Source of the DNA: an uncultured virus (IMG/VR IMGVR_UViG_3300022602_000071)
Taxonomy: Duplodnaviria; Heunggongvirae; Uroviricota; Caudoviricetes
Direction: 5' to 3' (one strand)
Virus record (IMG/VR): IMGVR_UViG_3300022602_000071
DNA length: 64,000 nt
Shown: in pieces, positions 12,601 through 22,038 of the stretch
Position numbering within the stretch: position 1 is the stretch's first letter
Layout: each line of letters starts with the position of its first letter
Made by a program: the position numbers and the translations under genes
The notes under the pieces: generated by a model
Database searches by the model: none
Told to the model about the DNA's origin: nothing
Seen by the model: the letters and a program-made list of their open reading frames with translations, nothing else

Positions 12601-12674
12601 GAACAGACGGTAATATGCTTGCAATGTCATACTTCGCAAACAGCTTTGGTGGTGGTGGCGGAGCTACCGGTTAA
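6636..12674 (+). CDS. Giant tail fibre/spike (2012 aa): 8 CBM5/12-like repeats, beta-helix-like core, propeller-like repeats
   Basis: W...Y...D+V.YGG..Y.C...H.S repeats; SPYVQNVTTFG..NDFTQV core; W.SV.YGNG repeats. Confidence 0.75.
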   Translation: MTQFRIDRLRFTWKGNWTGATVYNKDDIVRYGGKAYVCLVGHTSTAVTQTLLTGQEIITGFYTDLNQINTNVTPNVPNPYWTLWIDGYSWQGVWVNNTLYNAGDVVSYNGTIYICNTPHVSVPSNLSLLLSSCVPSSPTTGSVTYNFTPQSITPFLVGSNVTVAGFSTSGFNGTFAVTASTLSSVTVSNSTTGSSSSVSATISGQIQLGLEYNQSYWSYYEINDYWIGVWTTGYRYKVDDIVKYGGTIYRATAAHVSSNLLETDIANWQVVIYSDKWTTDWTLNTHYRVNDVVRYGGIVYRCLTAHNSASTNNDPSIAPPGIPGGLEANQSNWQVVISGTEYKSLWSSNFRYKLNDTVKYGANIYQATIGHQSGSLFDIGKWSLYLPGQEYRNSWNGSIYYVLGDVVDYGGNSYVAIANNLNQDPSTSSLSWSLLTIGYLIVGEWNNTSSYQPGDVVRRHGNLYVAITDSAAFDPNTTPNSAWTLIVSGTQWQNRWAPATQYDVGDIVTYLATSYVCILQHTSTSGGGGNSPIADISQTYWNVFVQGDHFEVLANLGDITTYNTVTKQTAVPIGSVGNVLKSNGIQPYWQAFGQVNDVYYVSATTGVDAPGYGLTLNAPFATVAYACNYVQNGAYYQNTAYLLSSNKQWMIAEMYNWMVYEKTNSISPFSPTSSYDQYKTQRDAEYIIDSIIYDITRGGNSQTVASALSFFIPGTNTFLTTNIASEIQFFTASLSELANLMQNAITNTAPTYSYQALTGLTSAYSVTVTGASGNGSTATLTFGTQTNIPFTIGESILISSISPTVYNGTFTVTSVSPTSVSFSSTATAAYNSGGSIVGSALVQNIDGTRPAENGATVVVSSLMNIIITALTNQSTASLPPTNTGVTSTINIKDGTYNEIIPIIVPENTALVGDELRGTIVQPSQTSATFTGSISGSTLTVTGPVTGTIVIGMWVSASTMYYPTQITSFVSGISGGAGLYTVNLSQTISTISMTAGYITGNMFYCRNGSGIRNMTLSGLTGSLGPLNTYLTGRPTAGAYVSLDPGFGPQDTSAWIFRKSPYVQNVTTFGSGCAGLKIDGSLHAGGNKSIVANDFTQVLSDGIGVWATGSGALTECVSVFTYYNHAGYLSELGGKIRATNGNNSYGTYGSVAEGYDILEVPLTGTVNNEYYPAQVVSAFAGQAQNKILLLEFSNCGETYTNASIAFSGAGTGASVVVSEFRDNAIFEAHLTGASAGLGGSGYITAGNQAQGGNTTTIVIAQNDPNTITNYQGMRIIIVSGTGVGQYGYINAYNTTSKTITVFTESSGVAGWDHVIPGYPIASLLDSTTQYSIEPRPQFSNPPFVPNSTVLPAAGIWISTAYGNGIFVTIDGSGLSAYSSNGIAWSPGSILPVGTYTSLAYGSVPNLFVAVTGGLGGASTTAAYSSNGSTWSSAVLPVSAVWNSVTYGNGYFVAIGTSAYLGSGNSVAVSTNGTTWTSGGNLPSSQQWSSVAYGLVTNTFVAVSTGTSNTAAYSTNNGVTWTATTLPNTANWVGVTYGNNRFVAVSSSSLYSAYSLDGITWSASNGLPSTAQWTAVSYGQGLFMTIAYSSSSAATSQDGINWVSRSVSTSANWTSLAFGNPAISGNVTPTWVAVSTTGSSVGLNISAGATAMGRIVVTGSAITLVKIWDPGSGYTSVPSITITDPNVLINGGSNANIVCRLGKGVLCQPTWVNRGQNYQTTTTVVTVSGNGYADIYQGTDGFLIAQGITVQPTPGANLVISGIVFQYSITAIFPLGGTTYKFTLSVNLDNAQTPLHGTTITIRLKYSQVRLTGHDFLYIGTGNFNNTNYPNVPIQNALQNQQVQYNNAGRVFVMSTDQDGNFKVGNLFGVQQATGIVTISASLFNLSGVTALSLGGVSVGQNAVIITQFSTDSYFIANSDAIIPTQRAIKSYIARAVSTGGANAAAGTVIAGLVGIGNKGINQAVIYNTAGTQIRVLNKINFTGQGNGVPTGTDGNMLAMSYFANSFGGGGGATG
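6684..8270 (+). repeat. Eight CBM5/12 (ChtBD3)-like protein repeats
   Basis: Counted in the translation; boundaries approximate. Confidence 0.65.
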
Positions 12675-12677
12675 GAA

Positions 12678-12685
12678 TATAAATA
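12678..12685 (+). promoter_or_regulatory. T4-type late promoter (TATAAATA)
   Basis: Exact consensus upstream of an AGGA SD. Confidence 0.75.
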
Positions 12686-12703
12686 TATCATAGGAATATT
12701 AAA

Positions 12704-15700
12704 ATGGCAGAATTTAAACTTGGAAGATTACGATTTGTATGGCAAGGCGCTTGGACCACTGGTACAGCTTATGTTAAAGATGATGTAGTAAGAAATGGCG
12801 GAAAAACTTATGTTTGTGTTATAGGACATACAGCTTCTTCTGCATTCGGAACTGACTTTTCAGCAATACCTTCTAAATGGAACCAAGTAGCCGATGGCTC
12901 GACATGGACTGGAAACTGGTCTACAAACACTGTTTACAATTTAAATGATTTAGTCAAGTACAATGGTTATGTGTATATTTGTAATACAGCACATACTAGT
13001 AATGCCAGCGCAAGTTCAGGTGCAAGTCCTGAAACAACAGCAGGATTAGAAGCTGACCAATCTAATTGGACTGTTTTTGCTGCCAGTTTCAATTACACAG
13101 GTGCGTGGGGATATAATACTAGATATAAAGTCGGTGATGTTGTTAAATATGGAGCTGAAACTTATGTTTGTAATACTGGACATACCAGTACACCGACATT
13201 AGAAACTTTGTCAATTAGTTCAGCAACTACTAATGCCGGATCCGGAACTGCGACTTTAACATTTGCTTCAGCTCAGTCAGCAATTCCTTACGCCGTAGGA
13301 TCGACTATTACAGTATCAGGCTTTGCAACTACTCAATTTAATGGCTCATATACTATTACTGCAGTTACAAACACCACAGTAAGTTATAGCCTAGTAGGCA
13401 ATTATACCGGTACTACTGGTTCGGTTGTTAGTAATAGCCTACTTGGTTTAGAAGCTGATCAATCTAAATGGACTGTATTTACAGATGGATTTAATTGGCA
13501 AACAGCTTGGTTACCAACAACACATTATAAAATAAATGATGTAGTAACTTATGGTGGTTTGGTCTATGTTTGTAATACAGCACATATTAGCGCCAGTACT
13601 GCCACATTAGGATTAGAAAACGATCAATCTAAATGGGACTATTTCCATAAAGGATTTAACTATCTCGGCAATTGGAACAGTGCCAGCGTAAGATACAAAA
13701 TAAATGATGTTGTGGTATATGGTGGTGATACTTTTATTTGTATAAATCCACATACTAGTTATAGCACATTTGTTGCAAGTAACTGGTCAAGATTTGTAGA
13801 AGGTTTAACTTATTTTAACACATGGAATAATTCTACCACTTATGCCGTAGGCGATATCGTAGCTTACGGTGGTTATACCTATATAGCTGGCAGTGTCAAT
13901 ATTGGAGTTACTCCGTCAACTGATGCTGCTAGCCCAACAACATTGACTATAACTGGTGCTACTAGCACTGCAAGTGTTGTAACTTTGACCGTTTCTAGTG
14001 GCGGTACTAGTTTTCAAAGTGGACAAACTATAACTGTTACAGGCATGACACCTTCTACATATAACGGACAGTATGTAGTTACAGGTACACCAACAGGTAC
14101 ATCTATTCAATACTTGATTGAAAACGGTCCTCTAGGATCAGCATCTGTATTTGGAAGTATATCAAGTAATAATTGGATGTTGTTTACAACTGGATTTAAA
14201 TTAATAGGCGATTGGTCAGCTAGTCAAAGTTATCAAGTAGGTAATGTTGTTAGAAATGGCGGATATACTTATGTTGCGCTAGTAGATCACACTTCTAGCA
14301 CTGGTAATCGACCTCCAAATAATACCTATTGGAGTAGATTAAACAGCGGTATTCGCTTTAATGCTCCAGGGCTATCATTTAGTTCTTTGAGTACGACAAA
14401 TGTTTCAGTGACTAACGGATCTGCAGCAGGAGCTGTGTTCTCAGTAACAACCTCAGGTACAGTTTATAATGTAACAAAAACTTCCAGCGGATCTAATTAT
14501 ACAGCTGGAGATGTAATTAAAATTTTAGGATCTAGCCTAGGAGGCATTAGTCCATTTAATGATATTACCATCACGGTTAGTACTGTTTCAACTGGAGCTA
14601 TATCTGCTTTTACTACTAGTGGATTTGCAGTAACCTGGGCGTCAGGAACGTTATATGTTGCTGGTGATATTACCGTATATGGACCAAATAGTTATATTTG
14701 TATTTTAGCACACACTGGTGCATCAGGTAATAGTCCTGCAAATGACTTAACAGGCACATATTGGAACTTAATTGCTGCAGGAGCCAGTACTAGTATTTTA
14801 ACCACGCAAGGTGATATAGCATATTTTGGCCCAGGAGGTGCAACTCGTTTACCGATTGGCGCAACAGGGCAAGTTTTAAAAGTTAACTCATCAGGCTTAC
14901 CTAGCTGGGGATATTTTGGCTTAATCAATAATGTATATTATGTTAGTAATACAAATGGAGTGGATAGCCCTGCTCCTAGTTATGGTACTACATTAGATCG
15001 CCCTTGGAAAACAATTGCTTATGCTGCTAAACAGGTGTTTAACGGCTTACAAAATCCTAATGCAACTTACCTATTGACCAAAAACAAAAATTGGGCTGTA
15101 GCAGAAATGTATAATTGGATGATCTACGAAAAAACTAATAGTGTATCTCCTTTTAATCCATCGTCTGCATATGATCAATATAAGACTCAAAGAGATGCCG
15201 GATACATTGTAGATTCTTTAATATATGATATTTCTAGAGGCGGTAATAGTCAGACTGTAGCTGCCGCGCTAGCATTTTTCCAACAAGGCAGCACAAATAT
15301 CTACTATAATGCAAACATAGCAGCTCAAGTATCCTTCTATATAGCGGCATTATCAAAACTATCAAGTTTGTTAACAAGCAATGTTTTGGCAAATACAGCT
15401 CCGGGAACCATATATCAGAACACATCAGGCGGTAGCGGTGGAGTAACTAGCTTAGGTATAACTGGTGCAAGCGGGCTCAACGGTGAAGTAACTTATACAT
15501 TTGCCTCACAAACAAACAGTCCATTTGTAATTGGCGAAACCATAACTGTTTCAGGCGTAAGTCCTAGTAGTTATAATGGCAGTTATAAAGTTATTGCTCT
15601 AAGTCAGACCAGTGTGGTGGTTGCCAGTTCAAATACAGCAACTTATAGTAGTGGAGGAACTATAGCAGGTTCTGTAATTAGCCAAGTTATTGATGCAAAT

Positions 15701-18700
15701 TACACAGCTGAAACTGGCGCATCAACTTTAGTCAGTTCGTTAATGTCTATAATTACTACAGCACTAACAAATCAAAGCACAACAGCGATTCCAGCACCAA
15801 ATTCAGGAGTCACTAGTACAATCTTTATTAAAAATGGCACCTATAATGAAATTTTACCAATTACAGTGCCAGAAAATACTGCGTTAGTCGGCGATGAACT
15901 TAGAGGAGTTGTTGTACAACCTTTCTCTACAGCAGGATCATCTACCGGAGGAGCGGCAATTAGCAACACTACTCTGACTATTACCAGTATTGATAATATT
16001 TTAACAAGTCAAACTATTTCAGCAACTACTTCAGGCGCATATGGAACCACTAGTTCTGGTGGCGTAGTTACTGTAGCCACTACTGCAGGACTGAATACAG
16101 GACATGTATTTGTTGTAACTGGCACTGGTGGCGGCGGCCTTTCTGCTGGTGTTTACTGGGTAGGTCAATTGCTGACAGCTACCACATTAACACTATCTAG
16201 CACATATGCTAATGCGTTGGCAGGTTCTTACATAAGTTTTACAACTTCAAGCCCTACAAGCACTACATTTACAGCTTATGGACAATTTTTAGTAGGATCT
16301 TTTATCAGCGGTGGTATAATAACTGCTCCTATTCAAATTACATCTCAGCTGACTGGCGCCAGTGGTAGCAGCAATACAAGTCAAACATTTAATGGTACTA
16401 GTGGATCTTACAATATAACTTTAAGTTCAGCTAATTCTAATATTCAACCAGGTTATTTTATATCAGGAAATGGTTCAGCTATTTCTGGTATTCCTGCTAA
16501 TACATTTGTTACAGCTGTCAACGGAACTACAGTGACACTTAGTAATGAATTAACCAATTCTTTTACCGGATTTTCTACCACTGCATATTTCTTTATTCCT
16601 GGTTTAACTGGAACTTACAGCATTTATTCTACAACTCCTTCGATGAATATTCTAACTGGTTCTAGTTTAACAATTACAGCAGGGTATGTATCAGGCAATA
16701 TGTTCTATACCAGAAACGGTTCAGGCATAAGAAATATGACTTTGTACGGTTTAACTGGAAAAGTAGGCATACCATTAGTGACAGCTACTGGAAATATTAC
16801 AGCAACAGCAGTAGGAACTTTTGGTACATCCGGTACAGGCGGTGTGGCCACAATTACTAGTACAACTGGTTTAGCTGTAGGAAATACATTTACAGTTACT
16901 GGTACAGGTGGAGGCGGTATTTCTGCTACAACTTATTATGTTGGGCAAGTTTTAACTGTAACTACTTTAACATTGTCTAGCTCGTATGATAATGCACTTT
17001 CAGGAAAATATATTACATTATCAACAGCCAGCCTAACTGGCACTGCTTACTCTGCAAGTTATGGTACAAGCCGACCAACTGCAGGAGCATATGTTAGTCT
17101 AGACCCTGGTACAGGTCCTCAAGATACCAGTGCATGGATTATTAGAAAAAGTCCGTATGTTCAAAATGTAACAACTTTTGGAACAGGATGTGTCGGATTA
17201 AAAATTGATGGAACACTACATCAGGGCGGTAATCATAGTATTGTCTGTAATGACTTTACACAAGTATTAAGTGATGGTATCGGTGTATGGTGCTACGGAC
17301 CAGGGTCACTGACCGAATGTGTCAGTGTATTCAGTTATTATAATCAAATCGGTTATCTAGCAGAAGCTGGTGGTAAAATCCGAGCTACAAATGGAAATAG
17401 CTCATACGGTAGTTATGGAGTAGTTGCAGAAGGGTACGATGCAACTGAAATACCAATTACAGCTCAAGTTAACAACAGATACACTGGCCCTATTATTTCC
17501 AACGTGGTCACTGATGCTTTAAACAAAATTTATCGAGTAGAATTTGCAACTGCAGGTAGTCAAGCCAATTCAGGAACATTTGCTTTTGCCAGTAGCACCG
17601 GTTATGGTGCCACTACGGTAGCTAATGAATTTCGTGACAATGCTGTATTTGAGACTCGATGGTTGACAGGTGGCTTGAATTACATGACGGCTGCAAATAC
17701 TGGACAAAATGGTACAAACGCTCAGTTTACAATTGCGGCCACTGACTTAAATGTTAGTAGTGCATATTTAGGTTTACGACTGTATCTTACAGGTGGAACT
17801 GGTGTGGGACAATATGGCTTTATAGCAAATTATAACAATGGTAGTAAACTTGCATTATTAGCTAAAGAAAGTTTTGGTACACAAACTATTACAGCAACAA
17901 CTAATGGCACAGCCAGTGCAACTGGTGTTTTGTTAGCAGTAGGAATTCCAAATATTCCAGGCGCTTTTGTTCCTACTGGTACAATTACTAACACATTCAA
18001 TGTTGGCATGATTTTAACCAGCACAGGTGCAATTACAGCAGGAACATACATTACAGCTATTACAACAGGATCAATTGGTACTTCAGCTTTAGCTAGTACA
18101 ACACTGAGCACCACTGGTACTATAGGGTCTATAACCGGTACAGGTCCTTGGACAGCAACAATCACTGGCATGAGTTCAACTAGTAGTTTTATTGTTGGTA
18201 TGCCACTAACTGCTACTACAGGTTCTGGTACACTGTATGGCGGAAGTCCAACAAGTGTGTTAGTGAAAAGTATAGTTAGTCAAACTAGCATTACCTACAC
18301 AGTTACTGGGGGATCTACTCCAACTGCTGGTACTGTAACTAACATATCGAGCACATTGTTATCAGCATCAGTATCCGCAAGCAATCTTGCAATTGGCGGA
18401 TTGCTAGTGGGTGGTAGTGTAACAGCTGGAACTTACATTACTGGACAGATAAATGCTACAGGATCTACTGCTTTAGCAACTTGCACAGTAACTGGCACAA
18501 ACGGACAAAATACTTTGACTTTAACCAGTTTTACAGTTGGATCATTATATACTGTTTCGACAGGACAATTTATTCTTCCTATCTCTGGACTGCCAGCCGC
18601 TACTTATGTGACAGCAATTAACATATATACAGGCGTAATCACTATAAGTCAGAATCTAGTTGGAGCTGTTTCAGGCTCTACTAGTTTTTATACAGCTGGC

Positions 18701-21334
18701 GGTTTAGGTACTTATGGTTTGAATCAAGGCGGATCAGGAACACCAACTAGTACTTCAAATTATACAATCAGTGTTAGTCAAACACAGTCAAGTGCTACAA
18801 TAACTGGTACACAAAATACACTTACTGTAGGTAGTACAGCTGGCATCTATAACGGAATGCCTATCTATCTAGCAGCAACTGTAGGATCAAATTTAGCACC
18901 TGCCACATTATACTATGCTATGGCAGTGGTGCCAAATAGCACTATACTCAGTGTGGGATCGACTAATACTGCTACAAGCGCTCTTACAGTAACCAGCACC
19001 GGTTCGGTATCAATTGGATTATATGCAGCAGGCTTTGACCATGTTCTTCCAGGAACTGCTATATCAAGTAATTTAGATACGACTACAACTTATATCATCG
19101 AACCTCGATGTTTATTAACTGGTCCAGGGTTTACTACTGTTACTGGTACACAAACCAGTGCTGCATGGATCGATTGTGCATATGGCGATATAAATGCTAC
19201 TTATAGTTCGGTGAGCGCAACAGGTGGCACTGGTACACTAGCTACATTTTCTGTAGTAAGAACAGGTATTGCTTATGTTGTAACTTTAGTAAGCGGTGGC
19301 CAAAATTATGTAATTGGCGATACATTGACTTTAGCAGGTACAAGTTTAGGAGGCACTAGCACTAATAATATCACAATTACTGTTACTAATACAACAACAA
19401 CTACAAATAGTGGTGTTATTAATAATTTTACCTATACTGGACAAGGTCAAGGCGGTAATTATGTTGCTATAGCAACTGGTGCAACAACTTCTCAATATAG
19501 TACTAATGGTACTACATGGACAGCTGGAGGCGCTTTGCCTGCAGCCAGTAATTGGACCAGTATTGCATCTGGAGTAATTAGCGGAACGACTACATGGGTA
19601 GCTGTACAAAATGGATCTAATAATTCTGCAGTCAGTACAAATGGCGGAGTAACATGGAGTGCTGGCAGTACCCTTGGGGCTAGTGTAAATTGGTCAAGTG
19701 TTGCATACGGAAATGGTTATTTTGCAGCCATTCAATATGGCGGAACTAATTTAGTTTACAGTAATAATCCTAGTTCTAGCTGGTCATCTAGTTCTGGTGG
19801 CCTACCATCTAGTTTAAATTGGACCAGTATTGCATATGGAAATGGCACATGGGTAGCCATAGCAACAGGCACTACCAGCAGCGCATACAGTACTTCTACT
19901 AATGCATCAGTATGGACAGCAAGCAATGGATTGCCAAGCGCTTTAGCATGGAACAGTGTAACATTTGGTAAGGGTAAATTTGTAGCTGTAGCAAGTGAAT
20001 CTACTACAACAGCTTATAGTTTTGATGGCATAACATGGTATGCTAGCGTATTTCCTTTACCAACAGTTCAAAATTGGACTCGTGTTCGTTACGGTCAAGG
20101 TTTATTCTTTGCAACATCTGCCGATACAACTACTGTAGGAGCCACATCAGAAGATGGATTGTTGTGGACAACAAGAACAATGCCACTAAGTGTCGGCGGA
20201 AATAATGTATTGGCATTTGGCAATCCTAATAGTGTACCTTTATGGGTTACTTTACCATACAACAGCACTAGTTTTGCAAGTATAACTACTGGTTGTACAG
20301 CACAAGCTAGAGCTGCAGTAGCTTCTACTACTATAACATCATTTAGAGTTTGGGAACCAGGTAGCGGATATGCTAGCGCTCCTACTATGACTATAACGGA
20401 TCCAAATCAAACTGTTTCAGCAACATGGACTGTAAGAACTGGTACTGGGGCCATAGCAAATCCAACTTATACTAATAGAGGCACTAGCTATGCTACAGCA
20501 AGTGCAAGCGTTACTACAAATGGTTATGCTGATATCTATCAACCATCTACTATTGTAAATGTGTCTGGAATTTATACAGTTCCTACAGCAGGATCCAATG
20601 TAATATTTGCCAACAATAGCACAGTATACAAACTAGTGCAGATTAACAATTTAGTTGGCACAGGTGGTGGCCTTTATCCTTACACAGCAACTTTCCAGAT
20701 TAATCCAAGTCTAACAACTAGTAATGCTCCTATCAATGGAGCTGCTATTTCAATTAGATTAAAATATAGCCAAGTTCGATTAACAGGACATGATTTCTTA
20801 AATGTTGGAACTGGTAATTTTTCTAATACTAATTATCCAGGAATACCGTTAATTAATCCTGACAGCAATTATCAAACTGTAAGCAATAATGGTGGTCGTA
20901 CATTCTTTACAAGTACTGACCAAGACGGTAATTTTAATGTAGGTAATTTGTTTAGTGTACAACAGGCTACAGGTGTTACTACCCTAAATGCTAGTGCATT
21001 TAATGTATCTGGATTAAACAGTTTAACAATTGGTTCAGTAAGTTTAGGTACAAATAGTGCTACGATTAGCAGTTTTTCTACCGATCCTTACTTTACAGCA
21101 AATAGTGACAACATTTTACCAACTCAAAAAGCTATTAAATCATATATTACAAGCCAAATTGGTGGTGGTGGTGGCACTTTGATTGTAAATACACTAACAG
21201 CTGGTATAATTTATGTTGCAGGCAACACTATTAGCACCACAACAGGCGGGCAAATTAAAGTAGCAAACAAAATGTATTTTGTAGGCGGCATTGATGGAAG
21301 TCCGCTAGCTATGAACTTTTTATTATTAAATTAA
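12704..21334 (+). CDS. Giant tail fibre/spike (2876 aa), paralogue of 6636 with more inserted modules
   Basis: Same N-terminus (F(K/R)+.RLRF.W.G.W), 8 CBM-like repeats, shared core, shared YSQVRLTGHDFL C-terminal block. Confidence 0.75.
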   Translation: MAEFKLGRLRFVWQGAWTTGTAYVKDDVVRNGGKTYVCVIGHTASSAFGTDFSAIPSKWNQVADGSTWTGNWSTNTVYNLNDLVKYNGYVYICNTAHTSNASASSGASPETTAGLEADQSNWTVFAASFNYTGAWGYNTRYKVGDVVKYGAETYVCNTGHTSTPTLETLSISSATTNAGSGTATLTFASAQSAIPYAVGSTITVSGFATTQFNGSYTITAVTNTTVSYSLVGNYTGTTGSVVSNSLLGLEADQSKWTVFTDGFNWQTAWLPTTHYKINDVVTYGGLVYVCNTAHISASTATLGLENDQSKWDYFHKGFNYLGNWNSASVRYKINDVVVYGGDTFICINPHTSYSTFVASNWSRFVEGLTYFNTWNNSTTYAVGDIVAYGGYTYIAGSVNIGVTPSTDAASPTTLTITGATSTASVVTLTVSSGGTSFQSGQTITVTGMTPSTYNGQYVVTGTPTGTSIQYLIENGPLGSASVFGSISSNNWMLFTTGFKLIGDWSASQSYQVGNVVRNGGYTYVALVDHTSSTGNRPPNNTYWSRLNSGIRFNAPGLSFSSLSTTNVSVTNGSAAGAVFSVTTSGTVYNVTKTSSGSNYTAGDVIKILGSSLGGISPFNDITITVSTVSTGAISAFTTSGFAVTWASGTLYVAGDITVYGPNSYICILAHTGASGNSPANDLTGTYWNLIAAGASTSILTTQGDIAYFGPGGATRLPIGATGQVLKVNSSGLPSWGYFGLINNVYYVSNTNGVDSPAPSYGTTLDRPWKTIAYAAKQVFNGLQNPNATYLLTKNKNWAVAEMYNWMIYEKTNSVSPFNPSSAYDQYKTQRDAGYIVDSLIYDISRGGNSQTVAAALAFFQQGSTNIYYNANIAAQVSFYIAALSKLSSLLTSNVLANTAPGTIYQNTSGGSGGVTSLGITGASGLNGEVTYTFASQTNSPFVIGETITVSGVSPSSYNGSYKVIALSQTSVVVASSNTATYSSGGTIAGSVISQVIDANYTAETGASTLVSSLMSIITTALTNQSTTAIPAPNSGVTSTIFIKNGTYNEILPITVPENTALVGDELRGVVVQPFSTAGSSTGGAAISNTTLTITSIDNILTSQTISATTSGAYGTTSSGGVVTVATTAGLNTGHVFVVTGTGGGGLSAGVYWVGQLLTATTLTLSSTYANALAGSYISFTTSSPTSTTFTAYGQFLVGSFISGGIITAPIQITSQLTGASGSSNTSQTFNGTSGSYNITLSSANSNIQPGYFISGNGSAISGIPANTFVTAVNGTTVTLSNELTNSFTGFSTTAYFFIPGLTGTYSIYSTTPSMNILTGSSLTITAGYVSGNMFYTRNGSGIRNMTLYGLTGKVGIPLVTATGNITATAVGTFGTSGTGGVATITSTTGLAVGNTFTVTGTGGGGISATTYYVGQVLTVTTLTLSSSYDNALSGKYITLSTASLTGTAYSASYGTSRPTAGAYVSLDPGTGPQDTSAWIIRKSPYVQNVTTFGTGCVGLKIDGTLHQGGNHSIVCNDFTQVLSDGIGVWCYGPGSLTECVSVFSYYNQIGYLAEAGGKIRATNGNSSYGSYGVVAEGYDATEIPITAQVNNRYTGPIISNVVTDALNKIYRVEFATAGSQANSGTFAFASSTGYGATTVANEFRDNAVFETRWLTGGLNYMTAANTGQNGTNAQFTIAATDLNVSSAYLGLRLYLTGGTGVGQYGFIANYNNGSKLALLAKESFGTQTITATTNGTASATGVLLAVGIPNIPGAFVPTGTITNTFNVGMILTSTGAITAGTYITAITTGSIGTSALASTTLSTTGTIGSITGTGPWTATITGMSSTSSFIVGMPLTATTGSGTLYGGSPTSVLVKSIVSQTSITYTVTGGSTPTAGTVTNISSTLLSASVSASNLAIGGLLVGGSVTAGTYITGQINATGSTALATCTVTGTNGQNTLTLTSFTVGSLYTVSTGQFILPISGLPAATYVTAINIYTGVITISQNLVGAVSGSTSFYTAGGLGTYGLNQGGSGTPTSTSNYTISVSQTQSSATITGTQNTLTVGSTAGIYNGMPIYLAATVGSNLAPATLYYAMAVVPNSTILSVGSTNTATSALTVTSTGSVSIGLYAAGFDHVLPGTAISSNLDTTTTYIIEPRCLLTGPGFTTVTGTQTSAAWIDCAYGDINATYSSVSATGGTGTLATFSVVRTGIAYVVTLVSGGQNYVIGDTLTLAGTSLGGTSTNNITITVTNTTTTTNSGVINNFTYTGQGQGGNYVAIATGATTSQYSTNGTTWTAGGALPAASNWTSIASGVISGTTTWVAVQNGSNNSAVSTNGGVTWSAGSTLGASVNWSSVAYGNGYFAAIQYGGTNLVYSNNPSSSWSSSSGGLPSSLNWTSIAYGNGTWVAIATGTTSSAYSTSTNASVWTASNGLPSALAWNSVTFGKGKFVAVASESTTTAYSFDGITWYASVFPLPTVQNWTRVRYGQGLFFATSADTTTVGATSEDGLLWTTRTMPLSVGGNNVLAFGNPNSVPLWVTLPYNSTSFASITTGCTAQARAAVASTTITSFRVWEPGSGYASAPTMTITDPNQTVSATWTVRTGTGAIANPTYTNRGTSYATASASVTTNGYADIYQPSTIVNVSGIYTVPTAGSNVIFANNSTVYKLVQINNLVGTGGGLYPYTATFQINPSLTTSNAPINGAAISIRLKYSQVRLTGHDFLNVGTGNFSNTNYPGIPLINPDSNYQTVSNNGGRTFFTSTDQDGNFNVGNLFSVQQATGVTTLNASAFNVSGLNSLTIGSVSLGTNSATISSFSTDPYFTANSDNILPTQKAIKSYITSQIGGGGGTLIVNTLTAGIIYVAGNTISTTTGGQIKVANKMYFVGGIDGSPLAMNFLLLN
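12749..14770 (+). repeat. Eight CBM5/12-like protein repeats
   Basis: Counted in the translation; boundaries approximate. Confidence 0.65.
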
Positions 21335-21707
21335 CGGAGATAAAATATGGCAACAGGAAGATTAGGCATTGTAGATATTCCAGTAGCAGCAACAGATACA
21401 CTACTGTATACAGCACCTGCTGGGTATTTTACAGTGGCCACTGTTAGCGTAGCAAATAGAAGTAATAGTCCTGTGACCATTCGTATGGCTATCAGCACAA
21501 GTTCTAGTACAATGGCTTCAAATGAATACATAGAATATGAAACAGAAATTTTATCGCATGGAGTGTTAGAGCGCACTGGACTTGTGATAAACGCTGGATA
21601 TTCTATATTGGTTAGATCTAGCGCATTGCTGGTAAATTTTGTAGCTTACGGAATTGAAACTTCAACAACTTAAAACGGAGATAAAATATGGCAACAGGAA
21701 GATTAGG
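21333..21707 (+). repeat. 34-bp perfect direct repeat (21333-21366 and 21674-21707) covering the SD and start of two tandem genes
   Basis: AACGGAGATAAAATATGGCAACAGGAAGATTAGG occurs twice, 341 bp apart. Confidence 0.9.
21347..21673 (+). CDS. Small beta-rich virion protein, tandem copy 1
   Basis: MATGRLG...TLLYTAP...GVLERTG...YGIETSTT. Confidence 0.8.
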   Translation: MATGRLGIVDIPVAATDTLLYTAPAGYFTVATVSVANRSNSPVTIRMAISTSSSTMASNEYIEYETEILSHGVLERTGLVINAGYSILVRSSALLVNFVAYGIETSTT

Positions 21708-22014
21708 AGCAGTAGATCTTGGCTCAGCAGCAACGGATACTTTGCTTTACACAGCTCCGGCAGGGACTTTTACAGTAGCCAGTGTAAGTATTGTTAATAG
21801 GACAAATTCAGATTCAACTGTTAGATTAGGGCTGTGCGCCAGCAGTTCGACAATTGCTACAGGTGAATTTTTAGAGTATGAAACAGAATTACTACCACAT
21901 GGAGTGTTGGAACGAACTGGAATTGTGGTTAATGCTGGTTATAGCTTACTTTTTAGGGGTAGCATTACTGGTATCAATGCTGTAGTATACGGAATTGAAA
22001 CATCAACGACATAA
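21688..22014 (+). CDS. Small beta-rich virion protein, tandem copy 2
   Basis: Same length as and collinear with 21347. Confidence 0.8.
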   Translation: MATGRLGAVDLGSAATDTLLYTAPAGTFTVASVSIVNRTNSDSTVRLGLCASSSTIATGEFLEYETELLPHGVLERTGIVVNAGYSLLFRGSITGINAVVYGIETSTT

Positions 22015-22017
22015 ATA
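22011..22017 (+). promoter_or_regulatory. T4-type late promoter overlapping a stop codon
   Basis: ATAAATA upstream of an AAGGA SD. Confidence 0.6.
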
Positions 22018-22038
22018 CAGTCATAAAGGAATAAAGAT

